Source of the DNA: Haliotis rubra
Taxonomy: Eukaryota
Assembly (NCBI RefSeq): GCF_003918875.1
Contig: NW_025766780.1
Span: 3,472,001 to 3,536,000, forward strand
Length of the DNA: 64,000 bases
Reading direction: 5' to 3'
Shown: positions 1 through 13,540 of the stretch, piece after piece
How the letters are laid out: each line of letters starts with the position of its first letter
Position numbering within the stretch: the first letter of the stretch is position 1
The notes under the pieces: model-generated
The model's input: only the letters and a program-made list of their open reading frames with translations
The model's database searches: none
What the model was told of the DNA's origin: nothing
Translations under genes and position numbers: made by a program

Positions 1-758
1 ACGTTTAGGGGACATTACGATGTCATACCCTCGGGACGTTGTACACGTGATTAGATGTCAGGTGACAGGAAACTAAAGACATGTGCATGTCAATATTACG
101 TTTATGTGAATGATATTAACCATTCTTCAATATCATACTGTTATTTATATCATTATTGTCAGAAGTATATTAGGCTCAAAGTATTTTGATATTCCCTCGT
201 ATATCGCCTGTACTGAATGTCTTTATCAAACGTGTATTTCACACCTTCGATAAGATAACGCTAGTCAATGAGATGAAGCCACTGCTGGCTTATTTCAATC
301 ACTGCATTAGGCATAAGCAAGCCATCCGCATCCGAGGTAAGAAACTAAATATGTGAAATTCAAATTGGTATTTGATATTGGTATAACTCCTTAAAGATCT
401 TGAAATAGTTATGTTTAATAGTTATGTACAGGAAGAAATATGAATGTAGCTTGTGAGTCACCGTTGCCATATACCGAGATTGTAACGATGTGAATATATT
501 GATACAGTTTCCTCTAACCACAGAAGCTGGCTTCTTGTTAACAATGTTGTGCTTCTTCATCGATATTAGGAGCATAAGCTACACCGTATACAAACGCTGC
601 AGTACGTTTCCCACATCAACAGACATCTCTATTCTGAAAGCAGGGTTGATTGTACAATTCCGATTATATTTGTTTATGGAATCCAATAAAAATATAGTAC
701 ATGCCATGTATTGATCCATACTTGTCCTTGTCCCTAGGTGCCACGATCAACCTGCGAC

Positions 759-3700
759 ATGTGTCCGTTATTCTTCATTTTGTCCTTATTACAATGTAAG
801 TGATCCTTTCTTCATCTTGCTATTCACAGTGGACCGAGGTAAACAATATCCACTCTTCTGTCAGTTTGGGTAACAGGTTACACTTGAATATAAAAAAAAC
901 AAACAAAAACTGAATCTGTCGAAACAGCTGTTGACCGTTAGCCAAAAGTTTACGTCGCCATGAAACACATTTACCACTGTACAAGGATCAGTCATCGGGG
1001 GTCTGCTCGCAGAAATGACCGACGGATTGAACTACAGGACTACTGACTATTTTATAATTATAATTTTAACTGGCCAGTCTCATCCATGTTAAACACATCC
1101 TTTGCATTATATCCAGCTACAATTTCTGCAGCTTTTTGTCTGTCATCGACAATCAAAGTCCTGCAGCCAGTGTAATTTTGCAGTATAACCAGAGGATATT
1201 ACTTTTGTTCCGAAAACCATTGGCAAATGGCATTATTTCCTGTTTGGCATTATCACCAGGGTATTAAAAGGGCCATAAATCAGTTCTGGCAAAAATATGG
1301 CACTTTATCCAGGGTGGCATTATAACCAGGGTGCACTGTATATAGAAAAATATATATTCCCTTCAATATCAGCATTGATGCAAAGCGTCAAAACCCTTTT
1401 TGTAAGGTTTTGACACTTTTTGTAAACACGGAGTCAATTTATTCCCGACTCTATACGTATTAGTGCAAAAGGATAAAACCCCTCATATGTCCCTCTCATA
1501 TATTGTTGTAAAGGAAAGCAAAAAACCCACAAAAAGCAAAAATGAGCACACGCACGCACGCACGCACGCACACAAACACTACCACCACCCAAAATGAAAA
1601 TTCCAACAGAAAACAAAAGAACAAAGAAGACAATCTCATAAGCAAACGCATGTCTTGTTAAACACAACCAACTGTATGTTTCCTTGGGCGGTGGGGTAGC
1701 CTTGTGGTTAAAGCGTTGGTTCGTCACGCCGAAGACCCGGGTTCGAATCCCCACATGGGTACAATGTGTGAAGCCCATTTCTGGTGTCCCCCGCCGTGAT
1801 GTTGCTGGAATATTGCTGGAATATTGCTAAAAGCGGCGTAAAACCAAACTCAGTCAGTCGGTCAGTATGTTTCCACACAAACGGAATTGCGGAATACTGT
1901 TATGATCGTCTTTGTTTTACAGGCTTGTATCTTCTGCACGGACTGAACCATTCAGCCTGCTACAACTCCGAGTTCATCATTGACTCCCCACTGTGTGAAA
2001 GTACTGGGTATCTTGCCCCGAAGAAGTTTTTGTTTGGTCAAATCTCCCCCAGTAGTACATGTCGTACAGAACTCAGAGGACAACGAGACTATCATATTGT
2101 CCGAAGGTGTTGCAAAGTCCACAATGGAGACACCATACTCAAGGAAGTGTGTATTCCAGGACAGAAGGCGCTGTTGTCAAGTCCCCTGTCTCAGATGGCA
2201 AGCTACTGTAGTCGTGGACATCGCTGTGATTCCGGAAAGCGGTTGACCAGCACGGAACTATTTACTGGAGACTATGTTTCCTTGGAATTTGACTGTGTAC
2301 ATGGCGAGTAGCGATTACACTATTTCGTATACAGCGTCTATTTATCTATGCTATGGTACAAACTGAATGTAGAAATGTCAGTTAGTTTCTTTGGAACAAT
2401 ATGCCACCCCTTTGAGTTTCATGTGATTTCACTACGTTGTATCCGTCACACATCAAGCTTATTCGTGAAGATTCAGGTTAGGAATTAACTTCAGCAACTC
2501 ATACCATTCCGCTGACATGGGACATATGTAATAATTGTAATTAACAGTAAAAACCCCCAACAAATTCTAGACAAAGTACTTCACTGAGTCGATTCCCATC
2601 CTGGATGTGTGAGACACCATAGCGCCAAGACGAAAAGACAGCAATGAAAATAACTAAGCCGCAGAGGCTGGAGTTACAAATCACTTATCTTGTGTACACC
2701 TCTGACGTGTGTAAATTCAAATTCAAACCTTCCCTCCCCCCCCTACACACCCCTCCCCAAACCCCCAAAACACAACACTGCGAATGCAAAACACGTTTTT
2801 AAGGGCAGGTAGGATTAGATTATTTCTGTGTTGTTGCTGGAATATAGCTGTTATGTCACATTGATCTGAAGATGATATTTTTCACTATTATCCTCTTCCT
2901 CGAGTTTTTATTTATTCTGTTCTTTTTTTTAAGCAAAAGATGAAATCCATGTAAATTCCGATGAGGTGCTTTATGGGAAGAATGTTTATTTGATAAGCGA
3001 CAAGAAGGATGGAAGTGTACGCAATGCTAATTGTGCTGCCTACAGTAACAACCCGCAGTCTTCCATCGTCATCGCTCTTGTCGACAACCGTGTCCTCTCG
3101 GGAACTTGTACACTTTCATTCGGAAGTTCAATGTCTGGGACTTCAACCATAAATTGTGCCAAAACTGAGATTGTGAATGGTTGTAATAACGTTCTGTATA
3201 CCACCAGCAGCAGCAGGGTAGATATAAATCTAACGATGAACGTTCTTGCTAACAACAGTGATCGTCAGTTTCTGTGGATGATGGCTTCAGGTACGCACTA
3301 TTAACTCTGGATTATAATATATTACCAAATGAATAGTTTTTCGGTCACGTGTCAAACAAGTTTCAGTATTTATATTCACAACTTTAACTAGTAAATGTTA
3401 CACTTACGACATGACTACGAAAGAATTACAAATGAATCTAGGTTTTTCCTCAACTTCAATTTTAAAAGTAAGACCGAAGCATGATACAGTATATATGTCT
3501 TTGTAGTTTCTGATGGCAGTAAGCTGACTGTTGCCTGTGGGAAGACGATACCACCAGATGGAGCTTCTTCTACACAGTCGACTAAAAGCCGCCTGTCGAT
3601 TCATACGAGTTCACACAATTACATGACCAGTTCTTACTCAAAAGCAACATCACATTATCCCAGGGCTACCAGGACAACAGACATATGGACATCGTCGACA

Positions 3701-6700
3701 GGGTCGATGACCACAACAGCAACTGGGTTATTTGGGTCAGTTTCAAGCAAAGGGTATGAAGAAAGCACGCTAATGCATTTGAACTCTGATTCATCTTCTG
3801 GATTACAATTCACCACGTCTTCCTCGTTATTACTCACAACATTAAGGTCGACTACTGGTTGCAGGCACAACAGTCCCATTGCCGCCCACGAAAAGATCGT
3901 CTTCACTTCCACAAACGTATCCATCTTCACCGTCTATGACAGGAACACTATCGCCGCCACTGACACACTCGACCACAGGAGGAATACATTCTGCAGGACA
4001 TACATCATTCTCGACACGCCCAAGTCAAAGGTTGTCTTCGTCCTTGTTTGAAGCATCATTATCTTCAAGCGTCACACCATTTCATCTCATGAAGACAACA
4101 AAACAAACTTCACATCCAGTGACGGTGTCATCCTCACGACAGTCTGCAAGGAGTTCACCTTCATCATCAACATCAAGGGTTCAGACAGTTCCGCCTTCAA
4201 ACGTGCCATCACCCCAAACAAACAGAACATCTTCACATCAAGCATCAGGATCAATGCTGGCAACCTCCAATACTACGTCTTCTGAATCACACACTACAAC
4301 TGGGACAACTTACAACAGTCGGACTTCAAGGTCAACCACAGTGCCTATCACCTCTACAGCTACTTGGCTTACGACTTCAAAATCAACGCACGGTTCAAGA
4401 CGAAGCACACAAATTCAATTGAGCAAAACCAACTCCATGTCTGATTCACCTTCTGCATTAAAATACACCACGTCTTCCTCACCATTACTCACAACGTTAG
4501 GTCGAATACTGGTTGCAAGTACAACAGCTTCTTTGCCATCCACGAAAAGGTCATCTTCACTTCCACAAATGTATCCGTCTTCCCCTTCTATGACAGGAAC
4601 ATTATCGCCGCCACGCACACACTCGACCACAGGAGGGATACATTCTGGAAGACACACGTCATACTCGACACGTCCACCTCAAAGGTTGTCGTCGTCCGTG
4701 TTGGAGACATCATCGTCTTCAAGTGTCACACCATCTCTTTTCATGAAGACAACAAAATCAAATTCACATCCAGTGATGGTGTCAGTCGCGGAAAGTCCTG
4801 TACCTACACCTACATCAACGAGCGGAGGACCGAAGTCTTCAGACTTCATGTCATTCTCATCACATCCTGCAAGAAGTTCACCTTCATCATCAACATCAAG
4901 GGTTCAGACAGTTCCGCCTTCAAACGTGCCATCGCCCCAAACAAACAGAACATCTTCATATACATCATCAGGACCAATGCTGGCAACTTCCAATACTATA
5001 TCTTCTGAATCACATACTACAACTGGGACAACTTACAGCAGTTGGATTTCAAGGACAACCACAGTGCCTATCACCTCTATAGCTACTTGGCTTACGACTT
5101 CAAAATCAACGCACGGTTCACGTCGAAGCACACAAGTTCAATTGAGCAAAACCAACTCCATGTCTGATTCATCTTCTGGATTACAATTCACCACGTCTTC
5201 CTCACCATTACTCACAACGCTAGGTCGGATGCAGACAAGTACAGAAACTTCCTTGCCATCGACAAAAAGGTCATCTTCACTTCCACAAACGTATCAGCCA
5301 TCACCTTCTATGACAGGAACATTATCGCCGCCACTGACACACTCGACCACAGGAGGAATACATTCTGCAGGACACACGTCATACTTGGCACGCTCAAGTC
5401 AAAGGTTGTCTTCGTCCTTGTTTGAAGCATCATCATCTTCAAGCGTCACACCATTTCATCTCATGAAGACAACAAAATCAACTTCACATCCAGTGACGGT
5501 GTCATTCTCGCAAGGTACTGTACCTACACCTTCATCACCTACATCAACAAGCGGAGGACCGAAGTCTTCAGCCTTCATGTCATTCTCACCACAGTCTACA
5601 AGAAATTCACCTTCATCATCAACATCAATGGTGCGGAGTGTTCCACCTTCAAACGTGCCATCGCCCCAAACAAACAGAACATCTTCATATAAATCATCAG
5701 GACCAATGCTGGCAACTTCCAATACTATATCTTCTGAATCACATACTACAACTGGGACAACTTACAGCAGTCGGATTTCAAGGACAACCACAGTGCCTAT
5801 CACCTCTACAGCTACTTCGCTAACGACTTCAAAATCAACGCACGGTTCACGTCGAAGCACACAAGTTCAATTGAGCAAAACCAACTCCATGTCTGATTCA
5901 TCTTCTGGATTACAATTCACCACGTCTTCCTCACCATTACTCACAACGCTAGGTCGAATACTGGTTGCAAGTACAACAGTCTTCTTTGCCATCCACGAAA
6001 GGTCATCTTCACTTCCACAAACGTATCAGCTTCATCCCTTCTATGACAGGAACATTATCGCCGCCACTGACACACTCGACCACAGGAGGAATACATTCTA
6101 CAGGACACACATCATACTCGACACGCCCAAGTCAAAGGTTGTCTTCGTCCTTGTTTGAAGCATCATCATCTTCAAGCGTCACACCATTTCATCTCATGAA
6201 GACAACAAAACAAACTTCACATCCAGTGACGGTGTCATTCTCGCAAGGTACTGTACCTACACCTTCATCACCTACATCAACAAGCGGAGGACCGAAGTCT
6301 TCAGCCTTCATGTCATTCTCACCACAGTCTACAAGAAGTTCACCTTCATCATCAACATCAATGAAGCAGACAGTTCCGCCTTCAAACGTAACTTCGTTCC
6401 GTACAAACAGAATCAAGGACAACCACAGTGCCTATCACCTCTACAGCTACTTGGCTAACGACTTCAAAATCAACGCACGGTTCACGTCGAAGCACTCAAG
6501 TTCAATTGAGCAAAACCAACTCCATGTCTGATTCATCTTCTGGATTACAATTCACCACGTCTTCCTCACCATTACTCACAACGCTAGGTCGGATGCAGAC
6601 AAGTACAGAAACTTCTTTGCCATCCACGAAAAGGTCATCTTCACTTCCACAAACGTATCAGCCATCACCTTCTATGACAGGAACGTTATCGCCGCCACTG

Positions 6701-9700
6701 ACACACTCGACCACAGGAGGAATACATTCTGCAAGACACACGTCATACTCGGCACGCCCAAGTCAAAGGTTGTCTTCGTCCTTGTTTGAAGCATCATCAT
6801 CTTCAAGCGTCACACCATTTCATCTCATGAAGACAACAAAATCAACTTCACATCCAGTGACAGTGTCATTCTCGCAAGGTACTGTACCTACACCTTCATC
6901 ACCTACATCAACGAGCCGAGGACCGAAGTCTTCAGCCTTCATGTCATTCTCACCACAGTCTACAAGAAGTTCACCTTCATCATCAACATCAAGGGTTCAG
7001 ACAGTTCCGCCTTCAAACGTGCCATCGCCCCGAACAAACAGAACATCTTCAAATAAATCATCAGGACCAATGCTGGCAACTTCCAATACTACATCTTCTG
7101 AATCACATACTACAACTGGGACAACTTACAGCAGTCGGATTTCAAGGATAACCACAGTGCCTATCACCTCTACAGCTACTTGGCTAACGACTTCAAAATC
7201 AACGCACGGTTCACGTCGAAGCACTCAAGTTCAATTGAGCAAAACCAACTACATGTCTGATTCATCTTCTGGATTACAATTCACCACGTCTTCCTCACCA
7301 TTACTCACAACGCTAGGTCGGATGCAGACAAGTACAGAAACTTCTTTGCCATCCACGAAAAGGTCATCTTCACTTCCACAAACGTATCAGCCATCACCTT
7401 CTATGACAGGAACGTTATCGCCGCCACTGACACACTCGACCACAGGAGGAATACATTCTGCAAGACACACGTCATACTCGGCACGCCCAAGTCAAAGGTT
7501 GTCTTCGTCCTTGTTTGAAGCATCATCATCTTCAAGCGTCACACCATTTCATCTCATGAAGACAACAAAATCAACTTCACATCCAGTGACAGTGTCATTC
7601 TCGCAAGGTACTGTACCTACACCTTCATCACCTACATCAACGAGCCGAGGACCGAAGTCTTCAGCCTTCATGTCATTCTCACCACAGTCTACAAGAAGTT
7701 CACCTTCATCATCAACATCAAGGGTTCAAACAGTTCCGCCTTCAAACGTGCCATCGCCCCGAACAAACAGAACATCTTCATATAAATCATCAGGACCAAT
7801 GCTGGCAACTTCCAATACTACATCTTCTGAATCACATACTACAACTGGGACAACTTACAGCAGTCGGATTTCAAGGATAACCACAGTGCCTATCACCTCT
7901 ACAGCTACTTGGCTAACGACTTCAAAATCAACGCACGGTTCACGTCGAAGCACACAAGTTCACTTGAGCAAAACCAACTCCATGTCTGATTCATCTTCTG
8001 GATTAAAATACACCATGTCTTCCTCACCATTACTCACAACGTTAGGTCGAATACTGGTTGCAAGTACAACAGCTTCTTTGCCATCCACGAAAAGGTCATC
8101 TTCACTTCCACAAATGTATCCGTCTTCCCCTTCTATGACAGGAACATTATCGCCGCCACGCACACACTGGACCACAGGTGGGATACATTCTGCAAGACAC
8201 ACATCATACTCGACACGTCCACCTCAAAGGTCGTCTTCGTCCTTGTTTGAAGCATCATCATCTTCAAGCGTCACACCATTTCATCTCATGAAGACAACAA
8301 AACAAACTTCACATCCAGTGACAGTGTCACCCTCGCAAGGTACTGTACCTACACCTTCATCACCTACATCAACGAGCGGAGGACCGAAGTCTTCAGCCTT
8401 CCTGTCATTATCACCACAGTCTACAAGAAGTTCACCTTCATCATTAACATCAATGAAGAGGACAGTTCCACCTTCAAACGTAACATCGTTCCGTACAAAC
8501 AGAAGCGGTGTAACCACACTTAGTATCACTCCATCTGCTGCTGAACAGTCTACCGGAACACCTGGAACACCAGTGAACAAGTTTTCAATGTACTTTCCCA
8601 CAGTTTCCAGACAAGCACCTGTTGAAGAATCAACATTTAACACAGGTAGCAAAATTAGGATAAAACTCAACGGATTTGACTAAGATTGTGTATCAAATGC
8701 TGCTCTTATGTAACACTTTATAGAAAATGTAATACAAGAATATGACATTGGACGATTTTAACCTTTGTGGGAAAACCACTCGTGTATTATTAATATTTAC
8801 CATGGTTATATGGTTCTGAGATAATAGATTCTTATCGACTTACTTAAAACGTGCCATTAATCAACACATGTTTTATCAGTGCCATTATTATGTGTTTACC
8901 TGGAAAGCTTTGTCCATTTATTATAATAAATGTCGTCCTAACCCTACCATAAAGATCATGCGCAAAACACATAACAGAAATAGGAACAAAGATAGTAAAT
9001 ATCTTTTTATTTCCTTCCAGGTAAATCAGGCAACGACGATGACAAGATTGCGTTTAGTAAGTACCCTTGCCAAAGTAGGATTGGATGTTTACGTTGCATG
9101 TGTTGACGTGTTCAGTGCATGGGAGCTGTATGTCAATTCCCTCTGTTTCAGTACTCGAGGTGATCACAAGTCTGACGGGAGCAACGCTTCTCATACTGAT
9201 GGTGATCACAACAGCTATGTGTTTGTGTTTCAAGAAGAGGTACTGTATATGTGTATATAGGTCTTGTAAAAGAGTGTATGTAGCTCATAGTCAGATCGCC
9301 GATCCCCATTTTGATTGAGACTGCAATATCAATTTACAAAATGTGTGTAGGTCCATTTCATTTTACCTGGGTAAATTCAGTTTCAACAGCATTCAGAATG
9401 ACTATGTATGTATGGTAACTTCACTAACGTTTGAATATATTCACCTTTGCTATTCATATTGGTACCTCCACGTATGGTAATCAGAAAATGCCTTTTTAAA
9501 AGTGGTCAAATGTAACATGATATGTTTGGGATTACACCTCCTCAGTAAAGTACGGATTCTAGTACTTTTTGGGGTCGAGTCCCGTCCGATAATCGAATCC
9601 CAGAGTGAGGCACCTAATCGCCAACACGCAAAATCAGTGACGTAATCATGCTGAAATCATATCTAGTACGCATATATAATAGTTTTATATATATATTAAA

Positions 9701-9994
9701 AACCCATGTAACTTTCAGTATTAATTGATTTGGTTTATGTACGTTTACACTTCAAATATGAGCGGCCGATGTGACTATACATTTTAACTCACTCAAATAT
9801 GAGCATTAATTACGAGGGTTCACTAATTTGGGGTCAATATCAACGTCTTGTGTTGTTGCAGGATGAACGAGTTGAAACGGAATTCTCGTCATCGGAATAA
9901 ACTGTCAGAGACCATGGCTTCAAATCTGGAATTAAAGAGACGCTCCGTTGTATCTTTAGAATCTGGATATTGTTCCAATTCAATATCATCTTGA
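759..9994 (+). CDS. Paralog 1: type I membrane protein (signal peptide, SUEL-like, CUB-like, giant mucin repeat stalk, TM, short tail); frameshifts in stalk exon as assembled
   Basis: Manual splicing with consistent phases. Exons: 759-795 (MCPLFFILSLLQ), 1923-2303, 2934-3290, 3507-8645, 9021-9056, 9152-9239 (TM ILEVITSLTGATLLILMVITTAMCLCF), 9862-9994 (stop TGA 9992-9994). All acceptors are AG; donors are GT except a GC at 2304. Confidence 0.8.
1686..1864 (+). mobile_element. tRNA-derived SINE (family A)
   Basis: A box TAGCCTTGTGG, B box GGTTCGAATCC, tail GCTGGAATATTGC..(CAGT)n; TSD gtatgtttcc at 1674-1683 and 1865-1874. Confidence 0.85.
1923..2303 (+). CDS. Paralog 1 exon: Cys-rich SUEL/Gal_lectin-like domain
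   Basis: ACY..PLC..STC..RRCC..EVC..YCSRGHRC..DYVSLEFDC; Cys spacing matches the other four paralogs. Confidence 0.75.
2934..3290 (+). CDS. Paralog 1 exon: CUB-like domain
   Basis: VYLIS..NC..TC.L.F..INC..YT..VDINL..FLWM pattern; phase 1-1 exon. Confidence 0.7.
3507..8645 (+). CDS. Paralog 1 giant mucin-like exon of about 6.5 tandem ~729-nt (243-aa) Ser/Thr/Pro repeats
   Basis: ORFs 3623, 3879, 5965 and 6428 are pieces of one exon. The anchor atgtctgattca recurs at about 4437, 5160, 5889, 6524, 7253 and 7982. Frameshifts at about 3845, 5980-6035 and 6412. Confidence 0.8.
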
Positions 9995-10564
9995 TATGGC
10001 TAATTCAGCACAGTGCATATGACAGTTTTCTTGCTTCCCGCATGTACAAACAGCTTTTACGGTGTGGACGATGTATGCTGAATGAATGCGAAACAGAAAT
10101 ACACGCAGTCTTTGTGGACATGGTTGCCTTAAGAGTGAGAAAACGTGAAGATATCACCCGATTAATATCATTAAACAGTGTACTGATAACACATATTTTG
10201 ACACCAGGTGTAATTTTTCACAACAGTTGGTCATTGGAACAGTGGCGCCAGCAGCGTCTGCCATCTGTAGTTGGCAGTGTCTACTCAACACATAACCGGG
10301 TAGGCACAACTAATATTTGCAAACCAACAGACATGCATAGACAATACCCAGTTGTCGCAGCTGCCTGTCATAAGACTCACTGACATTTGCATCGTCGTAG
10401 TGCAAGCAGCGTTACATATACAACACAACATGCCCAAAGATCATCACAATATTCCTTGACGTGTCTACTTACGACTATGAACTGTTTTGTATATGGGAGT
10501 AGCGGCCCTTGGACCAAGAGGACTGGGATTGGAAACGTCAGCCCCGTGTCTGCTGATACACATG

Positions 10565-10915
10565 CGTCAGACAGAATTCAATGCAAATTCATCCTGTTTG
10601 TTTTCAAATGTCTCAGTAACGTAGCTCCAAAATATCTGTCTGATCTGATCACCAGATATAATCCCGACCGAAGTCTCTGGTCTGAAAATCTTGGTCTTCC
10701 TGTTGTCCCACACTTTAAGCCCAGCACCAGGTTTGGGGATCGATCTGTTCAGGTGACCGGACCCACTCACTGGAATCAACTTGGAATTAAGGACCGTTAA
10801 CAACCTGAGGATTTTCAAATCTAAATTGAAAACATACCTTTTTAAGAAAGCATACAGAACTTTTCACTCTCGAGTTGTTCGGAGAGTGCTACTGAGCAGT
10901 ACTTTTGGACTGGGA
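10565..10915 (+). mobile_element. CR1/L2-clade LINE ORF2 3' end fragment
   Basis: RIQCKFILFVFKCL..APKYLSDL..Y.P.RSL.S..L.VP..RFGDRS..GP..WNQL, followed by FKSKLKTYLF. Confidence 0.75.
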
Positions 10916-11599
10916 CTGGCAATGATGATGTAACCTGAGAGAACAATAAACACTTATTGTATTTATACACCTCTCTTATATCAACCTCGTCTATTTTCAA
11001 ATATATTTTGAATTTAGACGATGTTGTAAGTAAATAAATGAGGACTGAATACTTTGCTACACTAGTCCTACTTAAACTTTCGAAACACTTTTGAAAGCTT
11101 CAAAGGCGTGGGTAACACGCTTTCGTTCGTCGGTTCCATTTTGAAATACGCGCAATGTAATAAACTTGGCAATTCACGGGAACTCGTTCAGTAAGACAGA
11201 CAAACAAACACACATACACAAGCGTATATAAATGCAGGTTTGATGGATCTGTTTTTACAGATCTGCATATTGATGACGATGTACAGTGCACATGGAATTG
11301 TAAAATTTAACATACATAACAAGATATGTGTATGTACATACTCTGATCACGGTGTATATGGAAGATAGACTTGAAGCATCCCATGTGCATTTTTGTCATG
11401 GGCAATATTATGAGCCTCCTCTTGAGCTGAAGTTGGTCCTATTTATCCGCATTGTCATTGTTTTGTAATGTTATACAGTCGACAACCGTTGTGAGGAACA
11501 TGAAAGTAGTCGAGTTCTCCATAACCGAAAATATTATGCTTTAAGAAGGTATACACATTATAAGATGTTCACTGGTCTCGAGGGGGACATGGGTTGATG

Positions 11600-11990
11600 T
11601 ACCCTCGATGTTTGTTTATGTTCCCTTCGGAACAAAATCAAAGATTTTGTACATCATGTAAATCTAAAGGTCTTACCTATATTGAAGATGAATTTCATGT
11701 ACTATTCATTTGTGAATCCTATTCACAACTAAGAGAGAGGTTTATGACAAAATGTGTTAAAAAGCCTTATACTGTATAATCTTTAGTAAGTCTTTTCAAG
11801 AATACTAATGTAGACACTGTAAAATATGTTGCCTTGTATCTATTTTATGTTAAAAGGATTATTACAAACACACTTGAATGATCATTGTGCCCCTGACTAC
11901 ACTGGCATTTCCTTTTGAATGTATTTTGGGCCTACGGCCTTTTACTGGAAATAAACTCTGTCTGTCTCCGTCTGTCTGTAAATAAATGAA
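11600..11990 (+). mobile_element. Non-LTR retrotransposon 3' end (zinc-knuckle region, RTE-X-like)
   Basis: RFCTSC..IEDEFHVLFICESYSQLR motif; aataaa and (tctg)n tail. Confidence 0.6.
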
Positions 11991-12291
11991 ATATATGTGT
12001 ATTCGTTTTTCATCATTCTGTTTTCTGTCTCTATTTCCCTTCGAGTCCACCGTTTCAAAAGCAGTGTCTGTCTCTGATATTACTAATCTGCATATTGTCG
12101 TAACTGCGTTCGGGCGTCAGTAGACCCTACAACTGTTATCTAATAGTGTTGCCGTTCCATGTTGTCATCTTGATTGTAAGCTGGGTCTCTATACTCGTGT
12201 GGTCTGTCGAGTGGTCTAAGTCGAGGCGTGAGTCCACATCACATGCATGCATTGGCGAACAGCACATTCATACAGTGATTAACGCAACACC

Positions 12292-12402
12292 TGGGCCCCG
12301 TTTCACAAAATGATCGTAGTGCTACGACTGCCGTAAGTCTATGTTAAAGTATGGAAGTTACGATCACCTTAGCGCTACGATCGCTTTGTGAAACGGGGCC
12401 CA
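12292..12402. mobile_element. Palindromic MITE
   Basis: 18-bp TIR tgggccccgtttcacaaa / tttgtgaaacggggccca; a partial related copy lies at about 24851-24926. Confidence 0.75.
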
Positions 12403-12819
12403 AGTTCTTACTCAGTCCCTCTCTTCATTTCAAGGACATGACAGGGCAGGCCTTTTTACCAATGGTGGAACTGCAACGATCGCCATGTGAATGTTAAGCT
12501 GACTTTGAAACCCACAACTCTTTGCTAGTGCCGGCGGCGTCCTTTTAAGGTGTTCGAGCCTGCTCCGTCCTGGTCACATGTCCCGATACAATATTTCTGA
12601 TTCGTTCAAAGTTACAACATTCCATGGTCTCATGTTTTACCTCGTGACCGGATCATTACTGAAAACTGCTCATCGTTTATTCACTGTTAGCTGATATGCT
12701 GCTACTCCCGGTTGTCATGTTCTATATCTCTTGATTTATTACCAAGCATCACGAAATAACCGCAATTCGCAATATTGGGTTTGTGATATTTTTATTATTT
12801 AGAATATACCTCGATTCCT

Positions 12820-13165
12820 CTCTCAACATGGACAGACAGTTCAGCGAAATCGTCAAGACATTTTCCACATCAGATCTATCGGAAGTATTCGCCACATGAT
12901 TACAGTCAGCAGCTGCGTCACTTGTCCTGTCATTGATCTAGTCACGACTCGACTCCTGCCACAACATCCTCATTGGAATATCAAGCGCTCGTAGGAGATT
13001 CATAATACAGCTGCCTGAATTGTAGTTCGACTCCCACATCATCATCAACACTCAGACAGCTCCACTGGCCACCTGGCAAACAGCGGATTGAGTTTACAGT
13101 GCCAGTATTGACCCACCTTTCTTGTCACAAGCCAAACCACTTTGCATGTGAAGTATATCCCCCTC
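12820..13165 (+). mobile_element. Degraded CR1/L2 RT fragment
   Basis: Remnants of RKY..LV.SL..SRLD.C..L and QLHWPP..QRIEF motifs. Confidence 0.5.
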
Positions 13166-13170
13166 CCTCA

Positions 13171-13290
13171 TCTGGAGAGACAGTGTACCTGATCAGTGAG
13201 GTTACAGATGGGACTGCAACAGGGGATACTTGTGTCACCTATGCTGCAGACTGTGGTGCTGGGGTTGACGTGCTTGTCGTTGTCAGTGTT
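13171..13290 (+). pseudogene. Orphan fragment of a CUB-like exon from a lost sixth paralog
   Basis: SGETVYLISEVTDGTATGDTCVTYAADC aligns with paralog 1 YGKNVYLISDKKDGSVRNANCAAYSNNP; flanked by a LINE remnant and a SINE. Confidence 0.6.
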
Positions 13291-13302
13291 AATTAAACCT
13301 CT

Positions 13303-13540
13303 ACCCGTCAAGATCCGGGTTAGAATTCGGCAGCCCATGCTTGTAGTAAGAGGCACTTAACGGAATCGGGTGTTCAAGCTCTCTGACTTGGTTGTCACTC
13401 GTCATCGCATCCCAAGTACGTAGATCGTTGCCCATGCTGTTGATCACTGTATTATCTGGTCCAGACTCGGTTATTTATAGACTGCCACAGTGTAGCTGCA
13501 ATGTTGCTGAGTGCGGCGTTAAACATCCAACAAACAAACA
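13303..13540 (+). mobile_element. SINE family B (non-tRNA head, RUDI/V-SINE-like)
   Basis: Head acccgt..aagatccgggttagaat..gcttgt.gtaagagg; tail gctgagtgcggcgttaaac(aaac)n. Confidence 0.8.

Noticed and set aside
3655-8670. Minus-strand Val/Asp/Glu-rich ORFs
   Set aside because: Antisense shadows of the Ser/Thr repeat exon.
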